25,267 bases of DNA, taken from IMG/VR virus record IMGVR_UViG_3300020399_000007, positions 1-25,267 of that record; one strand, written 5' to 3'. Both the position numbers and the translations under genes were made by a program. Below the pieces are notes generated by a model, which worked only from the letters and a program-made list of their open reading frames with translations, did no database searches and was not told the DNA's origin. This DNA is from a virus. Its lineage: Duplodnaviria > Caudoviricetes. Shown in pieces: positions 24,069-25,267 of the stretch (the stretch's first letter is position 1; every line of letters starts with the position of its first letter).

Positions 24069-25267
24069 TTAGTTATATACTCTCTTACCATCTACCGTTA
24101 CCCACCTAGTAACTGGCATCTCCGGCTCTAAGTCTACATCTAGTGTAGCCTTCAGGGTATCCACTACCTTAAGCTGTGGTCTAGGTAACTCGTTACCCGT
24201 TAGCTTTAAGTAGATGGCACTAAGCGTATCATCTTCGGAATCCTTAAGCTTCTTAAGGACACTACGGATGTAGCGTTTAGTGGTGGCATTACCATGTAAG
24301 CCGTTGTTCTTACCACTAAGTGCATTAGCTACTGCTCGTAAGTGACTAGGAGGTAGGTGTAAACCCTTAGACTTGAACAACTCTATTAAGGTATGAACCT
24401 CAACCGCTGTCTTAGGTCTAGTCTTAATCGCTTCATGGTAGTCAATGTCTACTGCTGCGCTGTACATCTCAGGTTCCTCATCTACGTTAGACTCTATCCA
24501 GTCTAGTACGTCTAGGGGAACTACTGTAAGACGCTGCTTTCTACGCTCAGTACGGTAGTCTGTAATAGCTGTGTCGATACAACTACTGAGGTAGGTGTAA
24601 GGGTTACGGATTGTAGCCCCGTCGTTTACCCTGCTTAGGAACTTAACCACTGCGTTAGTAGCGATATCATCTAAGATATCTACGCCCTGAGTTTGCCGTT
24701 GGTATAAGTCCCAATCCCTGTTAGCTGTACGGTTTACAGTTCTACGGATGGAGAAATCCTTTAAGTCCCTAGCTGTAAAGGTAAGCTGAGTTGGTACACC
24801 CTTTACAGTAACAATACCCTCCCAGATTACGTTCTCCGGTTTAGTGTCTAGGTTAGGTTGCTTCTGCTGAGATGGTAAGTCACTAGGCTTAACAGTTACC
24901 TTTACAGTCTTTACATGATTAGCTTGCCACTCCGTAGTAGCCTTCTCGTAATCACTACGTTGCTTTTGAATTTCATGTAAGAGCATCCACGGCTCTACGC
25001 CGTAGTAGTGACCGTAGCCAGTCTTACGATGTCGCTTACCCTCAGCATGTATCTTAGCGTAGAAGGGTTCATCACATCCATTAACCCATTTAGTGTAGCA
25101 GTAGATAGTACCCTTAGCCTCCGTCGGCAACTCAGCTACGCTATCGTACCAGATGGGCTGCTTCTTAGGGGGCTTAGGTAATCCAGAAGGGCTGTGCCAC
25201 TTATACTTACAGGATTCACCCTTAGTAATTACCTTAGTAGCGTTCCCTCTTACCTCTACTGTACAAC
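24069..25267 (-). CDS. Sigma-70/ECF region-2-containing protein with a long N-terminal extension (5' truncated by the window edge)
   Basis: DDIATNAVVKFL.......IRNPYTYLSSCIDTAITDYRTERRKQR matches the ECF sigma region 2 pattern (ED..Q.....L......F.TWL..IA.N...D..RK). The frame is open from 25130 to the window end, so the track's TTG is not the start. Confidence 0.62.
   Translation of the reverse strand, partial: CTVEVRGNATKVITKGESCKYKWHSPSGLPKPPKKQPIWYDSVAELPTEAKGTIYCYTKWVNGCDEPFYAKIHAEGKRHRKTGYGHYYGVEPWMLLHEIQKQRSDYEKATTEWQANHVKTVKVTVKPSDLPSQQKQPNLDTKPENVIWEGIVTVKGVPTQLTFTARDLKDFSIRRTVNRTANRDWDLYQRQTQGVDILDDIATNAVVKFLSRVNDGATIRNPYTYLSSCIDTAITDYRTERRKQRLTVVPLDVLDWIESNVDEEPEMYSAAVDIDYHEAIKTRPKTAVEVHTLIELFKSKGLHLPPSHLRAVANALSGKNNGLHGNATTKRYIRSVLKKLKDSEDDTLSAIYLKLTGNELPRPQLKVVDTLKATLDVDLEPEMPVTRWVTVDGKRVYN

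Noticed and set aside
1-25267. Genome-wide stop-codon reassignment
   Set aside because: Standard code gives long, densely packed ORFs ending in all three stop codons; only one local in-frame junction (14371) is suspicious.

Overview
This 25.3-kb window is part of a tailed dsDNA bacteriophage genome with two convergent arms. The + arm (1-5668) is the end of the late region: a large virion/tail protein, a DUF559/Vsr-like endonuclease, an amidase endolysin, a metallophosphoesterase with its own promoter and an r1t-type holin. The - arm (25267 down to 5676) begins with early genes: an N-terminally truncated sigma-70/ECF-like protein, a PC4-like protein, ArdA-like and DUF1281/YubB-like proteins, a DNA methyltransferase and several small Zn-finger proteins. 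It continues into DNA metabolism: family A polymerase, DUF932, DinG/XPD-like helicase, putative SSB, Cas4-like nuclease, Sak4-like ATPase, ERCC4 nuclease, class II ribonucleotide reductase and family 4 UDG. The holin type, tail-protein motifs and a leaderless promoter suggest a monoderm host such as an actinobacterium or Chloroflexota (inference). The most unusual signals are non-coding: (i) three copies of a fixed-spacing hairpin-plus-motif element in front of the early genes next to the sigma-like gene; (ii) a ~470-nt chain of overlapping long hairpins downstream of the PC4-like gene; and (iii) a promoter-driven ~160-nt multibranch RNA in front of the nuclease/recombinase operon. All calls come from reading the sequence by eye; no searches or folding programs were run.
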